DNA of 64,000 nucleotides from Trueperaceae bacterium (lineage in GTDB: Bacteria; Deinococcota; Deinococci; Deinococcales; Trueperaceae), in contig OZ243956.1 in the NCBI GenBank assembly GCA_965214405.1, positions 992,001 to 1,056,000 on the forward strand. The letters are read 5' to 3'. Position numbers and translations under genes: made by a program. Each line of letters starts with the position of its first letter. Within the stretch, counting starts at the first letter, position 1. A model generated the notes under the pieces. It did no database searches, was not told the DNA's origin, and worked only from the letters and a program-made list of their open reading frames with translations. Shown one piece after another: positions 48,985-58,747 of this stretch.

Positions 48985-51474
48985 ATGACAACGGCTCTAG
49001 GCAAAAGCGTCCCCTTCTTGCTGGGCTTCGGCTTCGCGCTGCTGCCCAACGTCGGCCCCTTTGTCGGCCTCTTGTTTCTTTTCGCCGACAGGTGGCCGCT
49101 CAGGCGCTCCGACGGGCTCTGGTGGGGCGCGGCTTTGTTGCTCGCGCTGCCCCTGGCGGTTCACGGCGGGGTGCGCGGCTTTCTGTTCGGTGCGCTCCAG
49201 GTGCTCGCGCCCTGGCTCATCTACCGAACCTTTGCGCGCCTCTACGCTGAACGCGCGGCGGTGCGCGGCTCGTTTATGGGGCTGGGTCTGCTCTCGGGGC
49301 TGGCGCTCGTCGTGGGGTTAGGCTTTCTGCATGGCAGTGGGTTCGGGGGGACCTCGAGACTCGCCCAAACCCTCGTTTGGGACGCGAATACCAACCTCTA
49401 TGGTCACACCGTGTTTTTGCTCGGCTCGCTCTTCGCGCTCCTCCTATCCAGCACGCGGCTCCGCCTCCTAAGCCTCGCGCTCGCAGCGTTAGGCGTGCTC
49501 GCGTCGGGAAGCCCGGAGGCGCTGCTTGCTTGGCTCGCCGTTGCCGCGGCTCTACTTTTTTTGGGTTATACAAAGTCGTGGCGGGGTCGTGCGGCGCACG
49601 TCGCGCTCATCGCCGCGGTCTCCTTTATGGCGCTCCGCGTCTCGCCTGCTAGCTTGTGGAATCTGCCGGGTCCCTTGAGACTCGCCTACTGGGGGGCTGC
49701 ATGGGAGGGCTTTCTTACGCGCCCCCTGTGGGGCTGGGGCGAAACGGCCTTTGCGAACTACTATCATGTTGTCTGGTCCGCGTTCGACCCCACTTACGCG
49801 GTGCCGTCGCACGCGCACAATTTAGGGTTGCACGTGCTGTTCTCGAGGGGCTTAGTCGGCTTTCTGGGCCTCCTGCTCCTCGTCGCCGCGCTCACCTGGG
49901 CCGCCCTCAAAAGCCGCGATCTGCCCTTTTTGAGCGTGGTCGCCGCGCTTTTGGTCGCCAACACCTTTGACGCCACGCTTTTTTACGGCGGCGTCATCTA
50001 TCCGCTGGCGGCGGTGGCGGGCTGGCGTTCGGCTTCCTATGCGCGGGCGCGCGAAAGGGCAGGCGGGGCGCAGGGGGGGGTGGTGCGTTTTGCGCTGGCG
50101 GCGGCGGACTTTGGCGCGGCGGGACTCGCGCTGGGGCTGGCTCTGCTTTTACGAGGCTGGCTTGGCCTCTTTTTGGATTCGCCGCTCGTGACGCCTCCGA
50201 ATCTGCAAACGGCCTTTTACGCGCTCCTCCTCTGGCCCGCGATGGCCTGGCGTGAAGGGCTTTATCCCGGTTACGGCCTCACCGCACCCCAGGAACTGCG
50301 TAAGGGCGTCTCGAGCGCCGCCTATGCCGGGCTCATCTTGATGGCGGGGACGCTGCTTTTTTACGAAGAACTCCTCCCCCGCTCCGTTTTTCTCCTCACC
50401 ACTCTCCTGACGATGGTGTTTTGCCCCGTGGGCCGCGCATTCGTAAAACGCGCGCTGCACGCGTTCGGCCTGTGGGGCCGTCCCGTGGTCATTTTGGGCG
50501 CGGGGCAGGCGGGGCGACGGGTGGCGCGCGCGCTGCGGCGGCGGCCTCTGGACGGCCTCGAGCCCGTCGCCTTTTTCGACGACGACGCGGGTAAGCAGGG
50601 GCTTCTCTTTGAGGGCGTCAGGGTCCGCGGAAGCTTGGGCGAGGCCAACGCGTACGCTCTGGCCCGCGGCGTCTCGCACGCCATCGTCGCCATCCCCACC
50701 GCCTCGTCCGAGGAGTTGGCGGGGCTCGTCAACGGGCGCGGGCACGTGTTTAAGCGGGTGCAGTTCGTGCCCAACCTTGCCGGGTTGCCCTCTCGAGAGG
50801 TCTACGCGAGCGACCTCGACGGGATGCTGGCGCTAGAAGTCCGTAGCGGCCTCTACGCCCCCGCCAACAGGCTTGCCAAACGCGCGCTGGACCTTCTCGG
50901 CGGCGGCGTGTGTACGCTCCTCGCTTCGCCCCTCCTCCTCGCGCTCGCCCTGTGGATACGCCTCGACAGCCCTGGCCCTGCGTTTTATGAGAGCGCGCGC
51001 ATCGGACAAGGGGGCGAGACCTTCCGCTGTCTCAAATTCCGCACCATGTACAAAGACGCCGACGCGCGTTTGGGCGACCTCATGAGCACCGACCCCGGTA
51101 TCTTTGAGGAGTACACGCGCTACCACAAACTTCAAGAGGACCCGCGCGTCACCCCGGCGGGCCGTTTTTTGCGCCGCACCAGCCTCGACGAGTTGCCGCA
51201 ACTCTTTAACGTGCTGACCGGCGAGATGAGCTTGGTCGGCCCCCGCCCCTACCTCACGCGCGAACGAAGCGATATGGGTGAACGTGCGCCCGCTATTCTC
51301 GAGGCCAAACCCGGCGTGACCGGTTACTGGCAGGTCTCGGGCCGCAACGAGATTACGTTTGAGGACAGGCTCGAGATGGAAGCGCATTATGTGCGCAACT
51401 GGTCGATTTGGTGGGATATCGTCATCCTGACGCAGACCGCGGCGGCGGTGCTGGGGCGGCAGGGGGCACGCTAG
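48985..51474 (+). CDS. Fusion of an O-antigen ligase-like domain and a WbaP-type undecaprenyl-phosphate phosphoglycosyltransferase
   Basis: N-half RLAYW...RPLWGWG, HAHNL; C-half [32 protein letters not shown]; one continuous ORF. Confidence 0.85.
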   Translation: MTTALGKSVPFLLGFGFALLPNVGPFVGLLFLFADRWPLRRSDGLWWGAALLLALPLAVHGGVRGFLFGALQVLAPWLIYRTFARLYAERAAVRGSFMGLGLLSGLALVVGLGFLHGSGFGGTSRLAQTLVWDANTNLYGHTVFLLGSLFALLLSSTRLRLLSLALAALGVLASGSPEALLAWLAVAAALLFLGYTKSWRGRAAHVALIAAVSFMALRVSPASLWNLPGPLRLAYWGAAWEGFLTRPLWGWGETAFANYYHVVWSAFDPTYAVPSHAHNLGLHVLFSRGLVGFLGLLLLVAALTWAALKSRDLPFLSVVAALLVANTFDATLFYGGVIYPLAAVAGWRSASYARARERAGGAQGGVVRFALAAADFGAAGLALGLALLLRGWLGLFLDSPLVTPPNLQTAFYALLLWPAMAWREGLYPGYGLTAPQELRKGVSSAAYAGLILMAGTLLFYEELLPRSVFLLTTLLTMVFCPVGRAFVKRALHAFGLWGRPVVILGAGQAGRRVARALRRRPLDGLEPVAFFDDDAGKQGLLFEGVRVRGSLGEANAYALARGVSHAIVAIPTASSEELAGLVNGRGHVFKRVQFVPNLAGLPSREVYASDLDGMLALEVRSGLYAPANRLAKRALDLLGGGVCTLLASPLLLALALWIRLDSPGPAFYESARIGQGGETFRCLKFRTMYKDADARLGDLMSTDPGIFEEYTRYHKLQEDPRVTPAGRFLRRTSLDELPQLFNVLTGEMSLVGPRPYLTRERSDMGERAPAILEAKPGVTGYWQVSGRNEITFEDRLEMEAHYVRNWSIWWDIVILTQTAAAVLGRQGAR

Positions 51475-51493
51475 CCATGCTAGAGTAGGCCAC

Positions 51494-52357
51494 GTGAAAG
51501 GCATCATCCTAGCAGGCGGCGCGGGCACGCGTCTCTACCCCGCCACTCGAGCCGTGTCCAAACAGCTCCTGCCCGTCTACGACAAACCAATGATCTACTA
51601 CCCCATTTCAGTTTTGATGCTCGCGGGCATCCGCGACATTCTGGTTATCTCGACGCCGCACGACCTCCCGTTTTTCCGCCGTCTCTTGGGGGATGGCTCG
51701 CAGTGGGGGCTCGCTTTTTCGTACGCCGAGCAGCCCCGGCCCGAGGGGCTGGCGCAGGCGCTGGTGATAGGCCGCGAGTTTGTGGAGGAGGATTCGGTCT
51801 GTCTCATCCTGGGCGACAACATCTTTTTCGGTCAGAGCTTTGGCGCGCACCTCAAAAGGGCGGCGGCGCGCGAAACGGGCGCGACCGTGTTCGGCTATTA
51901 CGTGAGAGACCCTGAGCGCTACGGGGTGGTCGAGTTTGACGGGGACGGCAAGGCCGTAAGCATCGAGGAGAAGCCCGCGAGGCCCAAGTCGCACTACGCC
52001 ATTACCGGCCTCTACTTTTATGACAACGAAGTGTTGGAGTTTGTTAAAGACCTCACCCCCTCCCCAAGGGGCGAACTGGAAATTACCGACGTCAACAAGA
52101 TGTATTTGGCGCGGGGCGCGCTCCGCGTCGAAATGATGGGCCGCGGGATGGCCTGGCTGGACACGGGCACGCACGAATCGCTCTTGCAGGCGTCCAACTT
52201 TGTCGAGACCATCGAGCAGCGGCAGGGGCTCAAGATCGCCTGTTTGGAAGAAGTCGCCTACCGGCAGGGCTGGATAGACGCTGCGGAGGTTGAAAAGCTC
52301 GCCCGGCCAATGGCAAAAACGGGCTACGGGGCGTATCTGCTCGAGCTTATCCGCTAG
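51494..52357 (+). CDS. rfbA: Glucose-1-phosphate thymidylyltransferase
   Basis: [37 protein letters not shown]. Confidence 0.96.
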   Translation: MKGIILAGGAGTRLYPATRAVSKQLLPVYDKPMIYYPISVLMLAGIRDILVISTPHDLPFFRRLLGDGSQWGLAFSYAEQPRPEGLAQALVIGREFVEEDSVCLILGDNIFFGQSFGAHLKRAAARETGATVFGYYVRDPERYGVVEFDGDGKAVSIEEKPARPKSHYAITGLYFYDNEVLEFVKDLTPSPRGELEITDVNKMYLARGALRVEMMGRGMAWLDTGTHESLLQASNFVETIEQRQGLKIACLEEVAYRQGWIDAAEVEKLARPMAKTGYGAYLLELIR

Positions 52358-52470
52358 CGTAACCATAACGTGAGGGTTGCCGGGAGACGCGTGTAAAGTA
52401 GTGGGTATTATCACTTCACGGCTTCGGGTGAAACCTCCCCTGCTAACTTTTGCCGCTTGAAGGAGGGATC

Positions 52471-53211
52471 GTGAAAATCTTACTTACGGGCGGCTCGGGG
52501 CGGTTGGGGAGCGCTTTGCAAGAGCTTCTTCCGGACGTCGTTGCACCCTCGAGCACCGAACTCGACGTGACGGACGAAAGAAGCGTGGGACGGGCGCTCG
52601 AGCACCACCAACCCGACCTCATCGTCCACGCCGCCGCCTACACCGACGTCAAGGGGGCCGAAGGTGCGCGCGAACGCTGCTGGCGCACCAACGTGGGCGG
52701 CACGCGCGCCCTCGTCCGGGCGCTTGGCAACTGCCGCCTCGTTCATATTTCGACGGACTACGTGTTTTATGGTGACACGGGCGGCTACAAAGAGGACGAC
52801 CCAGTGGGGCCGGTCCGAAACTACTACGCGCTCTCCAAGCTCGCCGCCGAGGCGGTGGCGCGCGTGGCGGCGCGGTGTTTGGTCGTGCGCTCGAGCTTTC
52901 GCCCCAACGAGTGGCCCTACCCCGTCGCCTTTAGCGACGTGTACACAAGTCAAGATTATCTGGACGTCATCGCGCCCGACATCGCGCTCGCGGTGAGGCA
53001 CGTGGAAGATATCCCCTTTGACACGTTGCACATCGCCACGGAACGCAAGAGCGTCTACGACCTCGCCCGCCGCCGCAAACCCGACGTGACGCGGGGTTCT
53101 AAGACAGAGGCGGGCGTCGCGCTGCCCGACGACATCAGCTTAAACACCGAACGCTGGCAGGCGCTCAAGGGGACGCTTCCTCAAAATCCTGTCCAAAAGG
53201 AACCCGCATGA
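52471..53211 (+). CDS. rfbD: dTDP-4-dehydrorhamnose reductase
   Basis: TGGSGRLG, HISTDYVF, YALSK; GTG after AGGAGG. Confidence 0.88.
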   Translation: MKILLTGGSGRLGSALQELLPDVVAPSSTELDVTDERSVGRALEHHQPDLIVHAAAYTDVKGAEGARERCWRTNVGGTRALVRALGNCRLVHISTDYVFYGDTGGYKEDDPVGPVRNYYALSKLAAEAVARVAARCLVVRSSFRPNEWPYPVAFSDVYTSQDYLDVIAPDIALAVRHVEDIPFDTLHIATERKSVYDLARRRKPDVTRGSKTEAGVALPDDISLNTERWQALKGTLPQNPVQKEPA

Positions 53212-53741
53212 CCAAGCTCTCCTCATCCGTCACCGACGCGCTCACCTTTCAAAGCTACGCGCCCGCGCCCGCCATTGAAGGTGTCTGGACCTCGCCGCTT
53301 CGCAAGAGCCGGAGCGACAACGGCAGTTTTATGGAGTACGTGCGGCTGTCAGAAGGGAGCGTCGAGGATGCAGAAGGTTTTACCGCCCGCCAAATTAGCG
53401 TGTCGGAGGCCGCGCCGGGCCGCGTCAACGCGTTTCACATTCATCCGAGAGAGCCGCAAAACGAACTCTGGACGGTGATTACCGGCCTCCTCAAAATCTG
53501 GCTCGTGGACCTCCGCGAGGGCTCCCCCACCGAGGGCGTCAAACGAATGTTCGTTCTCTCCGGTGAGGCTCCCATAAGGCTCTTTATTCCTGCGGGCGTG
53601 GCCCACGGCTACCGAGCGGGGCCGGAGGGCGCGACGCTCCTTTACGTGATGGACAAGCAGTTCGACCTCGAGCACCCCAACGAGGGCCGCTTGCCCTGGG
53701 ATTTTTTTGGGGCGGAGCTTTGGGAGGAAGACCGGGGTTAG
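53208..53741 (+). CDS. rfbC: dTDP-4-dehydrorhamnose 3,5-epimerase
   Basis: AFHIH, VDLREGSPT, IPAGVAHGY. Confidence 0.85.
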   Translation: MTKLSSSVTDALTFQSYAPAPAIEGVWTSPLRKSRSDNGSFMEYVRLSEGSVEDAEGFTARQISVSEAAPGRVNAFHIHPREPQNELWTVITGLLKIWLVDLREGSPTEGVKRMFVLSGEAPIRLFIPAGVAHGYRAGPEGATLLYVMDKQFDLEHPNEGRLPWDFFGAELWEEDRG

Positions 53742-53856
53742 GTGAGCTACTGTCTGTACGGACGCGCACCGCAAACGACGCTTCACCTGGCGCTAAAGGT
53801 TCCAGGGCTCTGGCTTGCATCTCGTTAAGGTCTGGCTGAAGCCCGCGGGTTCGGTG

Positions 53857-54192
53857 TTAGCCGTGACCCGCACCGTCTTCTAGGGTGTCTGACTTGATAA
53901 GCGCGTCCATAACGGCCTCATCCAAAACGGCAGCGTGAACACGCAAGTGGGCGAGTGACTCGAGCAGTTCACCCTCGAGCGCGTCCCTCTCGCCCGCACC
54001 ACGCCCCGTATTTTTAAGGCGGCTCACAAGGTCACCGTACCTTTTTGCCTCCTGCGCCAGCTCATCCCATAACAGCGTGTTCGGCGCTTCGGCCCCCTCG
54101 GGAAGGTCCAAGATTGGGTTCAGCGTTTGTCTCTGAGGCGCTTTTCCTTGAGGTCTATTTGCAGTTGCCACGTCGCTATCTCCTTTTCCCAA
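53857..54192 (-). CDS. Acidic helical hypothetical protein (start uncertain, probably near 54120)
   Basis: LWDELAQE...GELLESLAHLRVH; overlaps the end of the upstream small gene. Confidence 0.55.
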   Translation of the reverse strand: MGKGDSDVATANRPQGKAPQRQTLNPILDLPEGAEAPNTLLWDELAQEAKRYGDLVSRLKNTGRGAGERDALEGELLESLAHLRVHAAVLDEAVMDALIKSDTLEDGAGHG

Positions 54193-54314
54193 TGACGAAT
54201 GAGGCCAGAGTCGGGGGAGGATTGACGCATCTCGCTGGCAATCTTTGCTCGGTGTAGGTCAATTTGATTCTGCCAGCCAGCTATCTGCTTTCGGATGCGT
54301 TTGTTTTCACCCAC
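54120..54314 (-). CDS. Small basic helical protein, probably leaderless
   Basis: H.AKI...PDSGLIRHWEKEI; TGCTAATCT 6 nt before GTG. Confidence 0.7.
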   Translation of the reverse strand: MGENKRIRKQIAGWQNQIDLHRAKIASEMRQSSPDSGLIRHWEKEIATWQLQIDLKEKRLRDKR

Positions 54315-54474
54315 GCCTATAGATTAGCAGAGTGTGACGGGATAGCTCAGGAGCTACACCATATAGCAGTTCCATGACATACTGAGACAAATGAACGCAA
54401 CTATCATTGCCGAAACTGCGTGCTAGACAGTGCTTTGTATAGTAAGTGTGTCTCAAACCAGATGATACTTGCTA

Positions 54475-55293
54475 GGTTCTGTTGACATTCTCATGTAGTG
54501 AGTTATTAAGAAAGGGCATGAGCAAGGTGAAACTTAAGGCTAAACAGTGGCATAAAATCAGAACGTTCTTAGATGAGAACCCGCAGGTGTACGTGGGGCA
54601 AGAGAAGCAGTGCCGTAGATTTGTCGAAGGCGTACTTTGGCTGCTGCGGAGCGGTTCTCAGTGGCGGCTTCTTCCCAGGGAGTACGGCAAATGGAACAGT
54701 GCTTACAAGCGCTTTGACCGGTGGAGTGAGCGTGGCGTATGGCAGGAGCTATTCGAACACTTTGCGGATGACTCGGACATGGAAAGCGTCATGATAGACG
54801 GCTCCGTAGTACGGGCACATGCGTGCTCCGCGGGTGCGCCCTCTAAAAAAGGGGGCAAGAGGCGCAGAACTTAGGCTATAGTCGCGGTGGGTTTAGTACG
54901 AAGATACACGTGAGCGTCGACGCTCTAGGCAACCCGTTACGGCTGTTGCTCACCGCGGGACAAGCGCATGAAGCGCCACACGCTAGAGCGTTGCTAGCGG
55001 GTTATGAAGCTGAGTTCGTGATGGGCGACAAATCTTATGATGCTGAACATGTGCTCCTCACCATCGCCGAGATGGGTGCGCAAGCGGTGATTCCACCCAG
55101 AAGTAACCGCAACGAACAGCGCGAGTATGACCAAGAACTCTATAAAGAGCGTCACCTCGTTGAGTGTTTTTTCAACAAGCTTAAACGGTATAGGCGCTGC
55201 TTCTCACGCTTTGACAAACTGGCTCGTAACTACCTCAGTTTCTTGCACTTCGCTTCCGCTCTCATCTGGTTAAGGTGAAATGTCAACACAACC
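54475..55293 (+). mobile_element. IS5-family insertion sequence inserted at CTAG
   Basis: IR GGTTCTGTTGACATT / AATGTCAACACAACC (1 mismatch) flanked by CTA/TAG. Confidence 0.92.
54518..55278 (+). CDS. IS5-family transposase, two ORFs with an AAAAAAGGGGG frameshift site
   Basis: WLLRSGSQWRLLPREYGKWNS, IDGSVVRAH, GDKSYD, YKERHLVECFFNKLK. Confidence 0.9.
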
Positions 55294-55492
55294 TAGTAGA
55301 TATCGGAACGTTATGAAACGAAGGAGGTCAGAACAAGGGGCTCATCCGCTAAAATTAAGGTTGCGCTATTTTTACGCAGGTGGGGATGAACCGTGCTCGA
55401 GCCTTGGAAACTGGCCGCCCAAAAGGGTACGATTTTGCAAGTGAAGTTCTTAACGACCTTGTTGTCTTGGCAGTCTCGCTCTAGGAGTCATA

Positions 55493-56542
55493 GTGAATAG
55501 TTCAAAACAGTACAAAAAAATCCTCGTCACCGGCGGCGCGGGCTTTATCGGCTCGAGCTTCGTGCGCTTTATACTTAAAGAGCGGCCCGACGCGGAAATC
55601 ATCAACCTCGACCTGCTCACCTACGCGGGCAACCCGGAAAATCTGGCGGATGTGGAGGCGAGCCCGCGCTACCGTTTCGTGCAGGGCGACGTGAACGACG
55701 AGGCGCTGCTAGAAAGCCTGCTGGAGGGCTGCGACGCGGTGGTGCATTTTGCCGCCGAGACGCACGTGGACCGCTCGATCATGGACGCACGGCCCTTTGT
55801 TAGAGCGAACGTCATGGGCACGCAGACGCTGCTACAGGTTTTGCAGGATTTTCATGCGAGGGGCGACGCCAAACGCCTCATCCACGTGAGCACCGACGAG
55901 GTCTACGGGGCGCTACCGCTCGAGCCCGCCAGCTTAAAATTTACCGAAAGCACCCCGCTGGCCCCCCGAAGCCCCTACGCGGCCTCTAAAGCCGCCTCCG
56001 ACCTCCTCGTGCTGGCGGCGCACGAAACGTACGGCCTGGACGCGTCTATCACCCGCTGCTCGAACAACTTCGGTCCCTACCAATTTCCTGAAAAAGTCAT
56101 CCCGCTCTTTGTAATGAATTTGTTGGACGATAAGCGCGTGCCTCTTTATGGCGACGGTCAAAACGTGCGCGACTGGCTGCACGTCCTCGACCACTGCGAG
56201 GCGGTGCTGCGGGTGCTGGAAGCGGGCGCGCCGGGCGAGGTCTACAACATCGGCGGCGACAACGAACGCAGCAATCTGGAACTCACCCAAACCATTCTGA
56301 AAATCATGGGTAAAGACGAAAGGATGATCGAGCGCGTCAAGGACCGCCCCGGCCACGACCGGCGTTACGCGATTGACGCGTCGAAGGTGGCGCGAGAGCT
56401 TTCTTGGCGTCCCTCCCGCTCGGCCTGGCCGGAGGCGCTGGAAGAAACCGTCAGGTGGTACGCCGAGCATCCGGAATGGTGCGCGCGCGTTCAGAGCGGG
56501 GCCTACCGCGACTACTATCAGAAGCAGTATGTGGAGCGTTGA
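55493..56542 (+). CDS. rfbB: dTDP-glucose 4,6-dehydratase
   Basis: GGAGFIG, HFAAETHVDRS, STDEVYG, YAASK, DRPGHDRRY. Confidence 0.95.
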   Translation: MNSSKQYKKILVTGGAGFIGSSFVRFILKERPDAEIINLDLLTYAGNPENLADVEASPRYRFVQGDVNDEALLESLLEGCDAVVHFAAETHVDRSIMDARPFVRANVMGTQTLLQVLQDFHARGDAKRLIHVSTDEVYGALPLEPASLKFTESTPLAPRSPYAASKAASDLLVLAAHETYGLDASITRCSNNFGPYQFPEKVIPLFVMNLLDDKRVPLYGDGQNVRDWLHVLDHCEAVLRVLEAGAPGEVYNIGGDNERSNLELTQTILKIMGKDERMIERVKDRPGHDRRYAIDASKVARELSWRPSRSAWPEALEETVRWYAEHPEWCARVQSGAYRDYYQKQYVER

Positions 56543-56599
56543 GCGTCCAGCGAAATCCCGCACAAACGCCCGCGCCCACAGTAGAGTAGACTGGTGGGC

Positions 56600-57454
56600 A
56601 TGAACGCTTCTCTGCGCCGCTCTTCGGGTGCCAAGCGCGCGCTTGGCGCTTGGGATTCTCTCACGGGGCCGCTCTACTGGTTTTACGAACGCTCGCTCCT
56701 GCGCGCCGTCCACCAAGAAGGCACGCTGCCCAAACACATCGGCATCATCATGGACGGCAACCGCCGCTTCGCGCGCACCGTCGGTCTGGACGTCAAAACG
56801 GGCCACAACTACGGCGCGGGCAAGGCGCGCGAGGTGCTCGACTGGTGTTTGGAACTGCGCATCAAACACGTGACCATCTGGGGCTTTTCCACCGATAACA
56901 AGGGCCGCAAGCCCGACGAGGTCGCGCACCTCCACACGCTGTTCGCGCAGCAGGCCAAGGATTTAATCTCCGACACGCGCCTCCACGAAAACAGGGTGCG
57001 CGTGCGCGTGATTGGCGACATCGACGACTTCCCCGACGATACCAAGGAGGCGCTGCGCGAGATGGAGCGCGCCACCGAAGATTACGGCGGGATGCACCTC
57101 AACGTCGCGCTCGGCTACGGCGGGCGCGAAGAAATCGTGGCGGCAGTGCGAAAGCTCTTGCGCGAAAAGTTGGGTGACGGCCTGAGCGACCTCAGTGACG
57201 AGACCGACCTCCACACGCTTTTGGAGCACGTCAACGCCGAAGAGATAGGCCGCCACCTCTACACCGCCGGAGTACCCGACCCGGACTTTGTGATTCGCAC
57301 CTCCGGCGAGGTGCGCTTGTCGGGCTTTTTGCTCTGGCAAACCGCCTACAGCGAATTCTACTTCTGCGACGCCTTTTGGCCGAGCTTTCGCAAGGTCGAC
57401 TTTTTACGCGCCATCCGCGACTTTCAGGCTCGAGAACGCCGCTTCGGCCAGTAG
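56600..57454 (+). CDS. cis-isoprenyl transferase (UppS family)
   Basis: HIGIIMDGNRR, FSTDN, YGGREEI, IRTSGEVRLSGFLLWQ. Confidence 0.92.
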   Translation: MNASLRRSSGAKRALGAWDSLTGPLYWFYERSLLRAVHQEGTLPKHIGIIMDGNRRFARTVGLDVKTGHNYGAGKAREVLDWCLELRIKHVTIWGFSTDNKGRKPDEVAHLHTLFAQQAKDLISDTRLHENRVRVRVIGDIDDFPDDTKEALREMERATEDYGGMHLNVALGYGGREEIVAAVRKLLREKLGDGLSDLSDETDLHTLLEHVNAEEIGRHLYTAGVPDPDFVIRTSGEVRLSGFLLWQTAYSEFYFCDAFWPSFRKVDFLRAIRDFQARERRFGQ

Positions 57455-57529
57455 ACAGCGAGTAAGCAACACAAAATTTAGTGGGGTACACACCCGGTTC
57501 GGCTCGTTAAAGCTTGGTATAAGAGGTAC

Positions 57530-58582
57530 ATGGGTCCCTTTGTCGCTATCATCATGGCCGGGGGCAAGGGTCAACGCTTCTGGCCCTTGTCAACCGCCGA
57601 CAAACCCAAGCAGTTTTTGGACCTGGAGCACACGGGCCGCACCCTGCTGCAAAGCACCTTTGACCGCGTCCTGCCCCTTGTAGAGGGCGAAGCGCACGTG
57701 TTCGTCGCCACCGCCGAACGCTACGCCGCTCTGGTTCGCTCGCAGCTCCCGACGCTCCCCGCCCACAACCTCATTATCGAGCCCGAGGGCCGCGACTCGG
57801 CCCCCGCCGTGGCGCTGGCGTCGCTTACCGTGGCGCGTCGCATCGCGGGAGCCACGCTGGGTTTTTTCTCCGCCGACCACCGCATCACAGGCGTGCCGAC
57901 TTTTCACGCTCGAGTCCAGGGGGCCGCACAGTTAGCCGAGGAAACGGGAGGACTCGTCGCGCTGGGCATTACCCCCACGCACCCCGCGACGGGTTACGGC
58001 TACATCCAAGCGGGTGAACGCGCGGGCGAGCACGGCTTTAGGGTGGCCCGTTTTGTGGAAAAGCCTAACCAGCGGCAGGCGCAGCGCCTCTTAAAGCTCG
58101 GCGGTCACTACTGGAACGCGGGCATTTTCGTGTGGACTACCGAGGCCATTCTGGATGAGTTCCGCCGCCACGCGCCGGGCATCGTCGAGCCGCTCGAGCG
58201 CGCGTTTGCAGAAGACCGAGTGAACGAAGTTTTCCCGACCTTAGAAAAAATCAGCATCGACTACGCGGTGATGGAGCGTACCGACAAGGCTTACGTGGTG
58301 CCCGGCGATTTCGATTGGGACGATATTGGCGATTGGGTCGCGCTCGAGCGCCTCCTAAACCGGAGCGAGGCCAACACCGTGGTCGGCAAGCACGTGGGGC
58401 TCGAGACCTCGGGCAACATCATCTACACTGAGAACCCCGAAGACACCATCGTCACGCTGGGCGTCGAAAATCTCGTCATCGTTAAGCGCGGGAACACCTT
58501 GCTGTTGGTGCGCAAGGACCGCGTGCAGGACATCAAAAAGCTCTTGGCGGACGAGCGGCTGGCGGAGTTGGTGGTGAAGTAG
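57530..58582 (+). CDS. manC: Mannose-1-phosphate guanylyltransferase
   Basis: MAGGKGQRFWPLS, PKQFL, FVEKP, SIDYAVME, WDDIG. Confidence 0.92.
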   Translation: MGPFVAIIMAGGKGQRFWPLSTADKPKQFLDLEHTGRTLLQSTFDRVLPLVEGEAHVFVATAERYAALVRSQLPTLPAHNLIIEPEGRDSAPAVALASLTVARRIAGATLGFFSADHRITGVPTFHARVQGAAQLAEETGGLVALGITPTHPATGYGYIQAGERAGEHGFRVARFVEKPNQRQAQRLLKLGGHYWNAGIFVWTTEAILDEFRRHAPGIVEPLERAFAEDRVNEVFPTLEKISIDYAVMERTDKAYVVPGDFDWDDIGDWVALERLLNRSEANTVVGKHVGLETSGNIIYTENPEDTIVTLGVENLVIVKRGNTLLLVRKDRVQDIKKLLADERLAELVVK

Positions 58583-58747
58583 CAGCGCGTAAGAGGTTTG
58601 GTCGGACGTTAACGCTTTGGCTTTTAACGCGTTGGCTAAATGGATGGGGATGTCGTACTCAGCCTTTTCAGCCTCCGCTATGAGAAGAGGGAGCAAGTTG
58701 AGCGGTTTCATCCGTTGGCTCTTACAGACGCGCAGAGGTCTTGACCT

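Noticed and set aside
58355..58711. 118-aa minus-strand ORF after the HD-GYP gene
   Set aside because: Overlaps manC on the opposite strand by over 200 bp, with no clear SD or recognisable motif.
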